A stretch of 64,000 bases of DNA, taken from contig CBDFLJ010000001.1 of assembly GCA_965248835.1 (NCBI GenBank), positions 1,152,001-1,216,000 on the forward strand, read 5' to 3'. Below, in pieces: positions 10,059 to 18,742 of this stretch; position 1 is the first letter of the stretch, and each line of letters begins with the position of its first letter. This DNA comes from Alphaproteobacteria bacterium. GTDB taxonomy: Bacteria > Pseudomonadota > Alphaproteobacteria > MPNO01. The notes beneath the pieces are model-generated. The model had not been told where the DNA came from. It worked only from the letters and a program-made list of their open reading frames with translations, and ran no database searches. The position numbers and the translations under genes are program-made.

Positions 10059-10979
10059 CTATGGCCGGCCGGTGACCGCCTCGATCGCGGCGAGATCCGC
10101 TTCGGTCATCCGCCACGCCGCCGCCCGCGCGTTGCGGACCGCCTGTTCGGGCGTTCGCGCGCCGGCGATGACGCTGGAGACGCCCGGGCGCTCGGCGAGC
10201 CAGGAGATGGCGAGGTCGAGCAGGTCGTAGCCCCGGTCGCGGGCGATCCGCGCAAGCGCCTCGAGGATGTCGAACGTCGCATCGTTCAGCCCGCCGCGCC
10301 CGCCGCTGCCCAGCCTGGTGCCGGCCGGCGGTCGGACGCCGCGGCGGTACTTGCCGGTCAGAATGCCGTTGGCCAGCGGATAGTAGGGCAGCAGGCCCAC
10401 GCCGGCCGCCACGCAGGCCGGCAGCAGATCCGCCTCGATGCCGCGGTCGAGCAGGCTGTAGGCGTTCTGCGCGGTGACGAAGCGGGCAAGCCCGCGCTCG
10501 CCCGAGACCCGATGGGCGGCGCGGAGCTGGTCGGCGGAGAAGTTCGAGCAGCCGATCCAGCGCACCTTGCCGTCGCTCACCAGCCGGTCCATCGCCGCCA
10601 GCGTCTCTTCGATCGGCGTACCCGGATCGGGGCGGTGGATCTGGTAGAGATCGACGTAATCGGTGCGGAGCCGGCGCAGGCTCGCCTCGAGCGCGCCGGC
10701 TATGCGCGCTGGCGTCGCACGGCCGGACAGGCCGAACTTGGTGGCGATCTGGACCCGCGGCCGGCGCGCGCCCAAGGCCCGGCCGATGAAGTCCTCGGAC
10801 TCGCCGTTGCCGTAGGCCTCGGCGGTATCGAAGAAGGTGATGCCGGCATCGATGGCCGCATCGATCACCGCCGCAGAGCCGCGCGCATCCAGGCGCCGGC
10901 CGAAATTGTTGCATCCGATCCCGACGGCCGAGACCTCGAGACCGCAGATGTCGGCCCGTGCCAGGGTCTTTCGCCGCAT
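10059..10979 (-). CDS. Aldo/keto reductase
   Basis: GIGCNNFG, FFDTAEAYG, IATKFG, SLRRLRTDYVDLYQIH, GCSN, QNAYSLL, PYYPLANG. Confidence 0.92.
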   Translation of the reverse strand: MRRKTLARADICGLEVSAVGIGCNNFGRRLDARGSAAVIDAAIDAGITFFDTAEAYGNGESEDFIGRALGARRPRVQIATKFGLSGRATPARIAGALEASLRRLRTDYVDLYQIHRPDPGTPIEETLAAMDRLVSDGKVRWIGCSNFSADQLRAAHRVSGERGLARFVTAQNAYSLLDRGIEADLLPACVAAGVGLLPYYPLANGILTGKYRRGVRPPAGTRLGSGGRGGLNDATFDILEALARIARDRGYDLLDLAISWLAERPGVSSVIAGARTPEQAVRNARAAAWRMTEADLAAIEAVTGRP

Positions 10980-11054
10980 AGCCGGTTCCCTATAGTGATC
11001 ACCCCAGGGGCCGAAAACACGACCCACGCCGGGCAATCATCATAGGAGCCCACG

Positions 11055-11480
11055 ATGGCCAAATCGATCGAGCACGTGCATTGGCCGGACGCGCCGGACA
11101 TGTGGATGCCCTACGCGCCGGCGATCACCGTCCAGGGCGGCAAGACGGTTTTCCTTGCCGGGGTGACCGCCGCGCCGGTCTACCACCACCATCCGCACCG
11201 GCCCGAGGAGTTCGACTCCATGCCGACCGACATGGAGGGTCAGGCCCGCGTGGCGATGGACAACCTCAAGCGCAGTCTCGATTCGGTCGGCGGTAGCTTC
11301 GGCGATATCGTCAGCGCCAACCGGTTCGTGACCGACCTCAGCGATCAGGACGCGCTGAACCGCGTCTGGGCGGAATATTTCGGCGACAACAAGCCGACCA
11401 CGACCACGGTCCAGGTGGTCCAGCTCGCCACCGATCCGCGCTGCATGCTCGAGGTCAACGCCGTCGCCGTGCTCGACTGA
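11055..11480 (+). CDS. Rid (YjgF/YER057c/UK114) family protein with His-rich insert
   Basis: PYAPA...VFLAG...QAR..MDNL...FVTD...P.TTTVQV..L.....LEV; SD AGGAG. Confidence 0.85.
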   Translation: MAKSIEHVHWPDAPDMWMPYAPAITVQGGKTVFLAGVTAAPVYHHHPHRPEEFDSMPTDMEGQARVAMDNLKRSLDSVGGSFGDIVSANRFVTDLSDQDALNRVWAEYFGDNKPTTTTVQVVQLATDPRCMLEVNAVAVLD

Positions 11481-11481
11481 C

Positions 11482-12180
11482 TTGATTATCGCCTACGGCT
11501 GCAGCCGCTGGCGGGAGGACTGGATCCGTCCCGGCACCGACGGCGCGCCGGTATGCGTCGTCCCCCACGTGGTTACCGACGGGCTGGACGCCGGCCGGCT
11601 GCGGCTGCAGGACGGCCAGTACGCCTTCCCGAGCGCGCCGCCGCCGGGATTGGACGTCCCCGGGCAGCTCGCCTTCGTCGAGCGCTATCTGGTCTCGCGC
11701 GCAGATCCCTGGTCGAAGACCCAGGCACGCCTGATCGGCCTCTATTTCGCCCAGGTCCGCGCGCGGATCGAGGATGCAGCCGATGAACTCCGCGGCACGC
11801 TCGGCCCGCTGGCGGCGGTGTTCGACCACCGCGCGTTCGTCTTCGCGGCACCGCGCCCCCTGCCGCGCGCCTATCCCGTGCTGCCGGACGGCGGCCGAAT
11901 AGGGCTGCATTGCGCCTTCTGGACCGCCGGCGCCCTGACGGCGATCGAGCTGGTCGGCCGCGACACTGCCGATCCGGCGCGCCTCGCCGGGCTACGGCGC
12001 CTGGAAGAGACCGGCGCCACGGTCATCCGGCTGGACGCCGAGACGCTCGGCGAGAACGGCCTGCCGGAGCTGTTCCCCCGCTTCTGGGACGGCATCCCCA
12101 TCCCGTCAGGTCCGTTCAAGGCACGCGGCATCGCAGCCTTCGCCGTCCCGGGATTTCACAGCTCGAGCTCCAGGATGTAG
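11482..12180 (+). CDS. Hypothetical protein (TTG start, 1 nt after the Rid stop)
   Basis: 232-aa ORF with GC3-type codon usage. It fills the gap between Rid and the convergent LVIVD gene. Confidence 0.6.
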   Translation: MIIAYGCSRWREDWIRPGTDGAPVCVVPHVVTDGLDAGRLRLQDGQYAFPSAPPPGLDVPGQLAFVERYLVSRADPWSKTQARLIGLYFAQVRARIEDAADELRGTLGPLAAVFDHRAFVFAAPRPLPRAYPVLPDGGRIGLHCAFWTAGALTAIELVGRDTADPARLAGLRRLEETGATVIRLDAETLGENGLPELFPRFWDGIPIPSGPFKARGIAAFAVPGFHSSSSRM

Positions 12181-13388
12181 AGGCCGCCGGTGAAGCGGTC
12201 GACGGCGTAGACCAGCCCATTCTCGTCGACGAAGACATCGTTGATCTGCACGGCGCCGGCGCGGCTGCCCTCGGGCGTCGCCGGGACGTAATAGGCGACC
12301 TCCTCGGGGCGGTAGGGGTCGGTGATGTCGTGCACCCGGACACCGCCGTTGAAGTAGGTGCCGAAGATCAGGCTGCTGGACCGGAAGGCGCCGGGCTGGT
12401 TTTCGTGCAGGTTGTGCGAGCCGTAGCGTCCGCCGCGCGAGCCGTACTCCTCGACCGGCGGCAGCGGCAGGGTCGAGATCGGCACCAGATTGGTCTCATC
12501 GCGCGCATCGACGACCCAGGTGAGCTTGGGCCAGTCCTCACCGCCGTCGCGGATGCACTCGTCGGCGACGATCAGGAGCTCGCGATCGAAGATCGGCAGC
12601 ACCGTGTGGCTGAACCCGGTATGGGGCGGGTGCGGGTTCCAGCTCCCGACCACCGTCGGGTTGGCCATGTTGGCGATGTCGAGGATGAAGACCCCGCCGT
12701 CGATATAGGCGAGATAGACCCTGTCGGGGCGTTCGGGATAGACGTTGGTGTTGTGCGCCCGGAAACCCATGTCGAACCGCGGATGGCGCTTGGGCGGCGG
12801 CGCGTCGTCGCCCACCCGCGTGCCCGGCAGCCACCAGCGGCCGACCTCGACCGGCCGCGTCGGATCGCCGACATCGATCGAGCGGTAGAACTGGCAGTCA
12901 CTGGGGTTGGCGGGCTCGAAATCCGGCGCCCCACCGGCGAAGTGGATGTATTTGCCATCGGCGAACCAGAGCTGATGGACGCCCATCGAGCCCGGCCCGG
13001 AACAGTCGTAGAAGGCGATCGAGCGCGGCGATTCGGGCGTTGCGACGTCGAAGATCTCGATGCCGGCGGGCTCCATGCCGAGCCCCGGATCGGCGAGCCC
13101 GCCGGGACCGCGGGTCTGATAGGCGACCGCCAGAATATCACCCACCAGATCGAGCGAGTTCGAGCGCATCTGGTTGTGCGCCAGATCGGTCTGGACGACG
13201 AGTTTGGGTCTGGCCGGGTCGGTGACATCGACGCCGGTGAAATTCTTCGGCGGCCCCTCGTGGGCGAGCCACATGATGCGCCGTCCGCCCGATGCGTGCT
13301 GGATCACCATCCCCTCGCCCATGCCGCCCCAGCCGTCGAGCCGGTCGTGGGCGACAAGCCTCATGTTGCGCGCCTCGTCCCGTTCCAT
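12156..13388 (-). CDS. LVIVD-repeat beta-propeller protein
   Basis: Repeated x-V/I-D-V-T/S-D-P..P..V motifs (GVDVTDP, IFDVATP, SIDVGDP, ILDIANM, VVDARDE, VHDITDP). Confidence 0.8.
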   Translation of the reverse strand: MERDEARNMRLVAHDRLDGWGGMGEGMVIQHASGGRRIMWLAHEGPPKNFTGVDVTDPARPKLVVQTDLAHNQMRSNSLDLVGDILAVAYQTRGPGGLADPGLGMEPAGIEIFDVATPESPRSIAFYDCSGPGSMGVHQLWFADGKYIHFAGGAPDFEPANPSDCQFYRSIDVGDPTRPVEVGRWWLPGTRVGDDAPPPKRHPRFDMGFRAHNTNVYPERPDRVYLAYIDGGVFILDIANMANPTVVGSWNPHPPHTGFSHTVLPIFDRELLIVADECIRDGGEDWPKLTWVVDARDETNLVPISTLPLPPVEEYGSRGGRYGSHNLHENQPGAFRSSSLIFGTYFNGGVRVHDITDPYRPEEVAYYVPATPEGSRAGAVQINDVFVDENGLVYAVDRFTGGLYILELEL

Positions 13389-14333
13389 TCATCCCTCCGC
13401 GTCGATCGCGCCGGCCGCTTCCAGCGCATGGTGGAGATCGAGCGCCCCGATCCCCTTGGTGATCACCACCAGTCTGGTCTCGGGCCGGCCGTCGGGCCAG
13501 CCCTCGAGAACTTCCGGGGCGTGCAGCACGTGATGGACCGCATTGACCACGACCGGCCGGTCCTGTCCGCGCACCCGGACGATCCCCTTGATCCGCAGCA
13601 CATCGGCGCCGCGCAGCGAGGTCAGCGCATCCAGCCAGCGCACCAGGCCCTGCCATTCGAGCGGCCGGGCGATGACCAGACAATGCGCCTTGATGTCCGG
13701 TGCGTGGCCGAGTGCTGGAGGCACCGCCAGGCCAGGCGGCGGTGAGCGGTCGCCGAGCAGCGTCGCCGCCTCGACATCTTCTGCGTCCAGGATCGGCACG
13801 GTCGGGTTGACCGCCCGAAGCCGCGCGGTCACGCCGTCCGCCGGGCCGGCGAGATCGCGCTTGCTCAGCACGATCCGGTCGGCGAACGCGGCCTGGCGGG
13901 CCGCTTCAGGCCAGTTTGCGAGCTGATCGGCGCCATGGACGGCATCGACCACCGTGGTCACCGTGCCGGCGCGGTAGCGCCCGACCAGCGCGGGATCGGT
14001 CATCAACGTCTGCAGCACCGGGCCGGGATCGGCCAGGCCGGTCGTCTCCAGCAGAACCCGCGAGAACCGCGGCACGGCGCCGGCCGCTCTGCGCCCGGCG
14101 AGGTCCGACAGCGCATCGACCAGGTCTCCCCGGACCGCGCAGCACACACAGCCAGAGCGGAGCACCATCAGGTCCTCCTCGGCCGCGGTGACCAGCGCGT
14201 GGTCGATCGCGACCGCGCCGAACTCGTTGACCACCACCGCGCTGTCGCCTGCCGCCGGATCGCGCAGCAGGCGGTTGAGCAGCGTCGTCTTGCCGCTGCC
14301 CAGAAACCCGGTGATGAGGTGAACCGGGATCAC
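13389..14333 (-). CDS. CobW/COG0523 family P-loop GTPase metallochaperone
   Basis: ITGFLGSGKTTLL, VVNEFG, GCVCC, ETTGLADP, SKRD and a CobW_C LRIKG motif. The GTG start overlaps the upstream TGA (GTGA). Confidence 0.92.
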   Translation of the reverse strand: MIPVHLITGFLGSGKTTLLNRLLRDPAAGDSAVVVNEFGAVAIDHALVTAAEEDLMVLRSGCVCCAVRGDLVDALSDLAGRRAAGAVPRFSRVLLETTGLADPGPVLQTLMTDPALVGRYRAGTVTTVVDAVHGADQLANWPEAARQAAFADRIVLSKRDLAGPADGVTARLRAVNPTVPILDAEDVEAATLLGDRSPPPGLAVPPALGHAPDIKAHCLVIARPLEWQGLVRWLDALTSLRGADVLRIKGIVRVRGQDRPVVVNAVHHVLHAPEVLEGWPDGRPETRLVVITKGIGALDLHHALEAAGAIDAEG

Positions 14334-15169
14334 GCCGCGTCGAGGACCAGCCCGGCGAGCCGCTCGTGGGTGGTGATCCACGCCCAGTCGAGCGCCTTGA
14401 CCATCTCGATCGCGGCCTTGAACTCGATCGCTCCGGACGGGCGGCCGAAGACGTGGGCGTGCGCGGTCACGTCGAGGCTGGCATGGGGCCGGCCGATCCC
14501 GGCCCAACCATCGAGGATGCGCTTGAGCGTGGCGGTGAACGCCGCGGGCTCGTTGCCGTAGCGCATGGTGATCGGCAGGTCGTTGACTTCCATGGTGAAC
14601 GGCACGCCGGCAAGCCGGCCGGAAGGCGTTTCGATCACATAGGGAAGATCGGCATCGAACACGTCGGCAGTCCAGTGGAAGCCGTGCGTGGCCAACAGCT
14701 CCAGCGTGTTCGCGGAATTGGTCCCCCGCGGGCTGATAAAGCCATATGGCCGCTTGCCGAAGCATTCCCGGAAGGCGTCGATGCCGCGGACCAGATCGGC
14801 CTCTTCGTCGGCCCGGTCCTGGTAGACCGGCAACAGGTCCTGCGCCCAGGCGTGGGCGGCGATCGGATGGCCGTCCCGATCGATCCGGTGCAGCAGGTCC
14901 GGCCAGCGCAGGGCGATGATGCCGCTGGCATAGACGCTGCACGCAATGCCCGCCGCGGCGATGATATCGAGCAGCCGCCAGGCGCCCTCGGTCATGCCGT
15001 AGCGCGCCCAGGACCGGGCCTGGGTGTCGAGGAAACCCGGTTTCAGCGGGTTGCCCATCGGCCCGACGCCGGGCGCGGCATCGTCGGTCCAGGCCTCGCA
15101 CATGATGTGAAAGCACACCGCCAGCGGCCGATCGGCCGGCCATCCGGGCGGCGGCGCGTTGCGGGCCAT
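14330..15169 (-). CDS. Polysaccharide deacetylase (CE4/PuuE-like) family protein
   Basis: EAW...SWARYG..EG.WRLL, AAHAW.Q, P.G...P, NDLP, H.HVFGRP motifs. Confidence 0.8.
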   Translation of the reverse strand: MARNAPPPGWPADRPLAVCFHIMCEAWTDDAAPGVGPMGNPLKPGFLDTQARSWARYGMTEGAWRLLDIIAAAGIACSVYASGIIALRWPDLLHRIDRDGHPIAAHAWAQDLLPVYQDRADEEADLVRGIDAFRECFGKRPYGFISPRGTNSANTLELLATHGFHWTADVFDADLPYVIETPSGRLAGVPFTMEVNDLPITMRYGNEPAAFTATLKRILDGWAGIGRPHASLDVTAHAHVFGRPSGAIEFKAAIEMVKALDWAWITTHERLAGLVLDAA

Positions 15170-15228
15170 TAAAACGCTCCCGATTCCGGTGAAACCGGGA
15201 GCATTGTTTCATCCTTGGCCGGAGGGTT

Positions 15229-15282
15229 CAAATCGGCCGCCCAGGCAAACCCGCGCGCCGGTTTGCCTGGGCGGCCGATTTG
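15229..15282. repeat. Perfect 23-bp inverted repeat with 8-nt spacer
   Basis: CAAATCGGCCGCCCAGGCAAACC (15229-15251) and its exact reverse complement (15260-15282). Confidence 0.95.
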
Positions 15283-15320
15283 CCTAGGCTGCGAGGGTTG
15301 CCCGTGGGGAGCGGAGGACG

Positions 15321-16301
15321 ATGGACGGAAAGATCGCGCTGGAGGAACATTTCGCGTTGGAGGAGACTTGGCGCGAGTCGGTACCGCCCGGCCTGCCCGC
15401 AAAGCTGACCGGCCATCTCCGCGCCCGCCTGCTAGACTTCCACGACCAGCGGCTGCGCGACATGGATGCGACCGGTATCGAGCTCGCGATCCTGTCGATG
15501 AACGCGCCCACCGTCCAAGGCGTGCCGGAGACCGAAGCGGCGATCGCGCTGGCCAGGAAGTCCAACGACGTCCTGGCCGAGGAAATCGCCCGGCGGCCCG
15601 ACCGTTTCGCCGGCTTCGCGGCGCTGCCGATGCAGGACCCCGACGCGGCAGCGGCCGAGCTGAGCCGCTGTATCGGCGAGCTCGGCTTCAAGGGCGCGAT
15701 GGTCAACGGATTCACCCAGAAGGACGAGCCCGGATCTGCGGTCTACTACGATATCGCGGCGTACCGGCCGTTCTGGGCCACCGTCGAGGCGCTCGGGATG
15801 CCGTTCTACATGCACCCGCGGATGCAGATCCCGTCCCGCGCCGAGGACTATGGCGGCCAGATGTGGACCATGGGAGCGTCCTGGGGGTTCGCGCGCGAGA
15901 CATCGATCCATGCGCTGCGGCTGATCGGCTCCGGGCTGTTCGACGAATTTCCCGGCCTCCAGATCGTGCTGGGCCATCTCGGCGAGCGCATCCCCTTCGA
16001 CATGTGGCGGATCGATGCGCGGGTGAAGGTCATGCCCTTCGACTATGCCGCCAAGCGGGCCGTGAGCGCGTATCTGCGCGAGAACTTCCACTTCACCACG
16101 TCGGGAAACTTCAGCGATCCGGCGTTTCAGTGCACGCTGGCGGAGATCGGGCCGGAGCGGGTGATGTTCTCGATCGATTATCCGTTCGAGGACATGGCGC
16201 CGGGCGCGGCGTGGTTCGACGAAACCGCGTTGTCGGATACCGACCGGCTGAAGATCGGCCGCACCAACGCGATCGCGCTGTTCAAGCTGGATCTCGAATA
16301 G
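15321..16301 (+). CDS. Amidohydrolase_2 family, 2,6-/2,3-dihydroxybenzoate decarboxylase-like (copy 1)
   Basis: KIALEEHF, FYMHP, LGHLGE, WRID, TTSGNF, FSIDYPFE motifs resemble gamma-resorcylate decarboxylase. Confidence 0.88.
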   Translation: MDGKIALEEHFALEETWRESVPPGLPAKLTGHLRARLLDFHDQRLRDMDATGIELAILSMNAPTVQGVPETEAAIALARKSNDVLAEEIARRPDRFAGFAALPMQDPDAAAAELSRCIGELGFKGAMVNGFTQKDEPGSAVYYDIAAYRPFWATVEALGMPFYMHPRMQIPSRAEDYGGQMWTMGASWGFARETSIHALRLIGSGLFDEFPGLQIVLGHLGERIPFDMWRIDARVKVMPFDYAAKRAVSAYLRENFHFTTSGNFSDPAFQCTLAEIGPERVMFSIDYPFEDMAPGAAWFDETALSDTDRLKIGRTNAIALFKLDLE

Positions 16302-16310
16302 GCCGGATCA

Positions 16311-17291
16311 ATGCAAGGCAAGATCGTCCTGGAAGAGCATTTCGCGCTCGAGGAGACCTGGCGGGATTCGGTCCCGGACGTCCTGCCGGCGGACAAGATC
16401 GACGATCTCCGCGGCCGGCTGCTCGACTTCGGCGGTCGGCGGCTGCGCGAGATGGATGCGAACGGAATTGAGTTCGCGATCCTGTCGCTCAACACGCCGA
16501 CGGTCCAGCGCGTGCTGGACACCGAAGCCGCGATCGCGCTGGCGCGGCGGTCCAACGATTTCCTGGCCGCGGAGGTCGCCAAGCGGCCGGACCGGTTCGC
16601 GGGCTACGCGGCGCTGCCGATGCAGGACCCGGACGCGGCCGCCGCCGAGCTCGGCCGCTGCGTCGGCGAGCTCGGCTTCAAGGGCGCGATGGTCTACGGC
16701 TTCACCCAAAAGGACGTGCCCACATCCGCGATCTATTACGACATCGCCGCGTACCGGCCGTTCTGGGCCGCGGTCGAGGAGCTCGACGTGCCGTTCTATC
16801 TGCACCCGCGGCTGCAGATCCCGACCCGCGCGCACGGCTATGAGGGCCACCAGTGGCTGATGGGCGCGTCCTGGGGCTATGCCGGCGAGACCGCGCTGCA
16901 TGCCCTGCGGTTGATCGGTTCCGGCCTGTTCGACGAATATCCCGGTCTGCGCATCGTTATCGGCCATATGGGCGAGCGCATCCCCTACGACATGTGGCGG
17001 ATCGACCGTTGGGCGGCTGAGCTGCCCTTCGACTACGCCGGCCGGCGGGCGGTGAGCGATTACCTGCGCGAGAACTTCTTCATCACCACCTCGGGCAATT
17101 TCAGCGATTCGGCGCTGAGATGCGCGCTGACCGAGCTGGGCGCGGACCGCATCATGTTCTCGATCGACTACCCCTACGAAGACATGGCGGCGGGCGCGGG
17201 CTGGTTCGACGCCGCCCCGCTGGAGGAGGCCGAGCGGATCAGGATCGGCCGGACCAACGCGATCGGGTTGTTCAAGCTCGATCTCCGATAA
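16311..17291 (+). CDS. Amidohydrolase_2 family, dihydroxybenzoate decarboxylase-like (copy 2, tandem paralog)
   Basis: Same length (326 aa) and same motifs as the upstream gene; long shared DNA stretches. Confidence 0.88.
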   Translation: MQGKIVLEEHFALEETWRDSVPDVLPADKIDDLRGRLLDFGGRRLREMDANGIEFAILSLNTPTVQRVLDTEAAIALARRSNDFLAAEVAKRPDRFAGYAALPMQDPDAAAAELGRCVGELGFKGAMVYGFTQKDVPTSAIYYDIAAYRPFWAAVEELDVPFYLHPRLQIPTRAHGYEGHQWLMGASWGYAGETALHALRLIGSGLFDEYPGLRIVIGHMGERIPYDMWRIDRWAAELPFDYAGRRAVSDYLRENFFITTSGNFSDSALRCALTELGADRIMFSIDYPYEDMAAGAGWFDAAPLEEAERIRIGRTNAIGLFKLDLR

Positions 17292-17315
17292 GGTCCGCCG
17301 GGCGGCGGACGCGGC

Positions 17316-18731
17316 TCAGTCCGGCCGCCAGGCGGTGATCGCCGCGCTCGTCTTGTCGGTATTGCGCGGCGCGGGCGGGGGCATCTCCTGGACGACCGGG
17401 CGGCCCCAGCCGGGCTCGCCGACGAGCGTTCCCTCGCGCACCACCACCCGGCCGCGGACCAGGGTGTGGACGACCCGCCCGGTGGTCTCGAAGCCGTGCC
17501 AGGGGGTGATCTGGGACTTGGAATGCAGCCCATCGCGCGCGATCGTCGAGACATGGTCCATGTCGACGATCGCGATGTCGGCGTCGGAACCCGGCGCGAT
17601 CAGCCCCTTTCGCGGATAGCAGCCCCAGGCCTTCGCCGGCGCCGCGGCGGACCATTGGACGTACTGGTTGATCGTCGCGTGGCCCGCGTTCACCTGGGTC
17701 AGCATGATCGGCATCTGGGTCTCGACGCCGGGGAAACCGCAATCGCATTCCCAGATGCTGTTGGAAGCCTTCTCCTCGGGCAAATGCGGGGCGTGGTCGG
17801 TGGCGATCATGTCGATGGTGCCGTCATGGAGCGCGGCCCACAGCGCATCGCCATGGCCCTTCTCGCGGATCGGCGGGTTGACCCGCAGCAATCCGCCGAG
17901 CGCGTCCATGTCGTCGACGGTGAAGATCAGATAGTGCGGACAGGTCTCCACGGTCACGTCGACCCCGCGCGCCTTGCCGGCGCGCACCAGATCGAGCGCA
18001 TCGGCGGAGCTCTTGTGCGCGATGTGGAGCCTGGCGCCGGTCCATTCCGCGAAAGCGATGGCCCGGCCGACCGCCTCGATCGCGCAGATCTCGGGCCGCG
18101 CGGCAAGATGAGCGCGCGCATCGTTGCGGCCGGCCGCCTTGAGCTGCGCCTCGCGCCGGGCCATGATCGAAGGGTTCTCGGCGTGCACCGTGCAGCGGTG
18201 GCCGAGCCGGGCCAGGATCTCGAAGCCTTCCAGCATCGCCCCGTCCGATGGCGCAGGCAGATCGCCGAACGTGTTGCCCATGAAGCACTTGAAGCCGCTG
18301 ACGCCGGCCCTGACCAGATCCTCAAGCTGGTCGATGTTGTCCTCGTCGAGCAAGCCGTAGATGCCGTAATCGACATGGGCCTGGGCCTTGGCGCGCTCCT
18401 GCTTGTCGCGCAGCGCCTGGAGCGTTCCCGTCGGCGGATCGGTGTTGGGCATCTCGAAGACCGAGGTGGTGCCGCCGCACGCCGCGGCGGCCGTGCCGGT
18501 CTGCCAGTTCTCCTTGTAGCCGTAGCCCGGCTCGCGAAAATGGACGTGACTGTCGACCGCGCCGGGCAGGACGTAGAGCCCGGTCGCGTCGATGGTCTGG
18601 CGCGCCGGCGGCACCATCTCGCCGGCGCCGATGCCGAGGATCGTCTCGCCGTCGATCGCGATGTCGGCCTCGATCGTGGCCGTGGGCGAGACCATCTTGC
18701 CGCCGCGGATCACCAGATCGACCTGTTTCAT
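17316..18731 (-). CDS. Cyclic amidohydrolase (dihydroorotase/allantoinase/hydantoinase family)
   Basis: PGAVDSHVHFREPG, GGTT..EMPNT, GFKCFM, VHAE, HIAH, ETCPHYL, NPPIR, ATDHAPH. Confidence 0.9.
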   Translation of the reverse strand: MKQVDLVIRGGKMVSPTATIEADIAIDGETILGIGAGEMVPPARQTIDATGLYVLPGAVDSHVHFREPGYGYKENWQTGTAAAACGGTTSVFEMPNTDPPTGTLQALRDKQERAKAQAHVDYGIYGLLDEDNIDQLEDLVRAGVSGFKCFMGNTFGDLPAPSDGAMLEGFEILARLGHRCTVHAENPSIMARREAQLKAAGRNDARAHLAARPEICAIEAVGRAIAFAEWTGARLHIAHKSSADALDLVRAGKARGVDVTVETCPHYLIFTVDDMDALGGLLRVNPPIREKGHGDALWAALHDGTIDMIATDHAPHLPEEKASNSIWECDCGFPGVETQMPIMLTQVNAGHATINQYVQWSAAAPAKAWGCYPRKGLIAPGSDADIAIVDMDHVSTIARDGLHSKSQITPWHGFETTGRVVHTLVRGRVVVREGTLVGEPGWGRPVVQEMPPPAPRNTDKTSAAITAWRPD

Positions 18732-18742
18732 GTCCCGATTCC

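Noticed and set aside
8149-10914. 921-aa ORF suggesting a large fusion protein
   Set aside because: The N-terminal third is an off-frame read of the aldo/keto reductase; the real TPP enzyme starts at 9972. The same artefact affects ORF calls 13389-15212, 17316-19343, 18875-21028 and 50766-52895.
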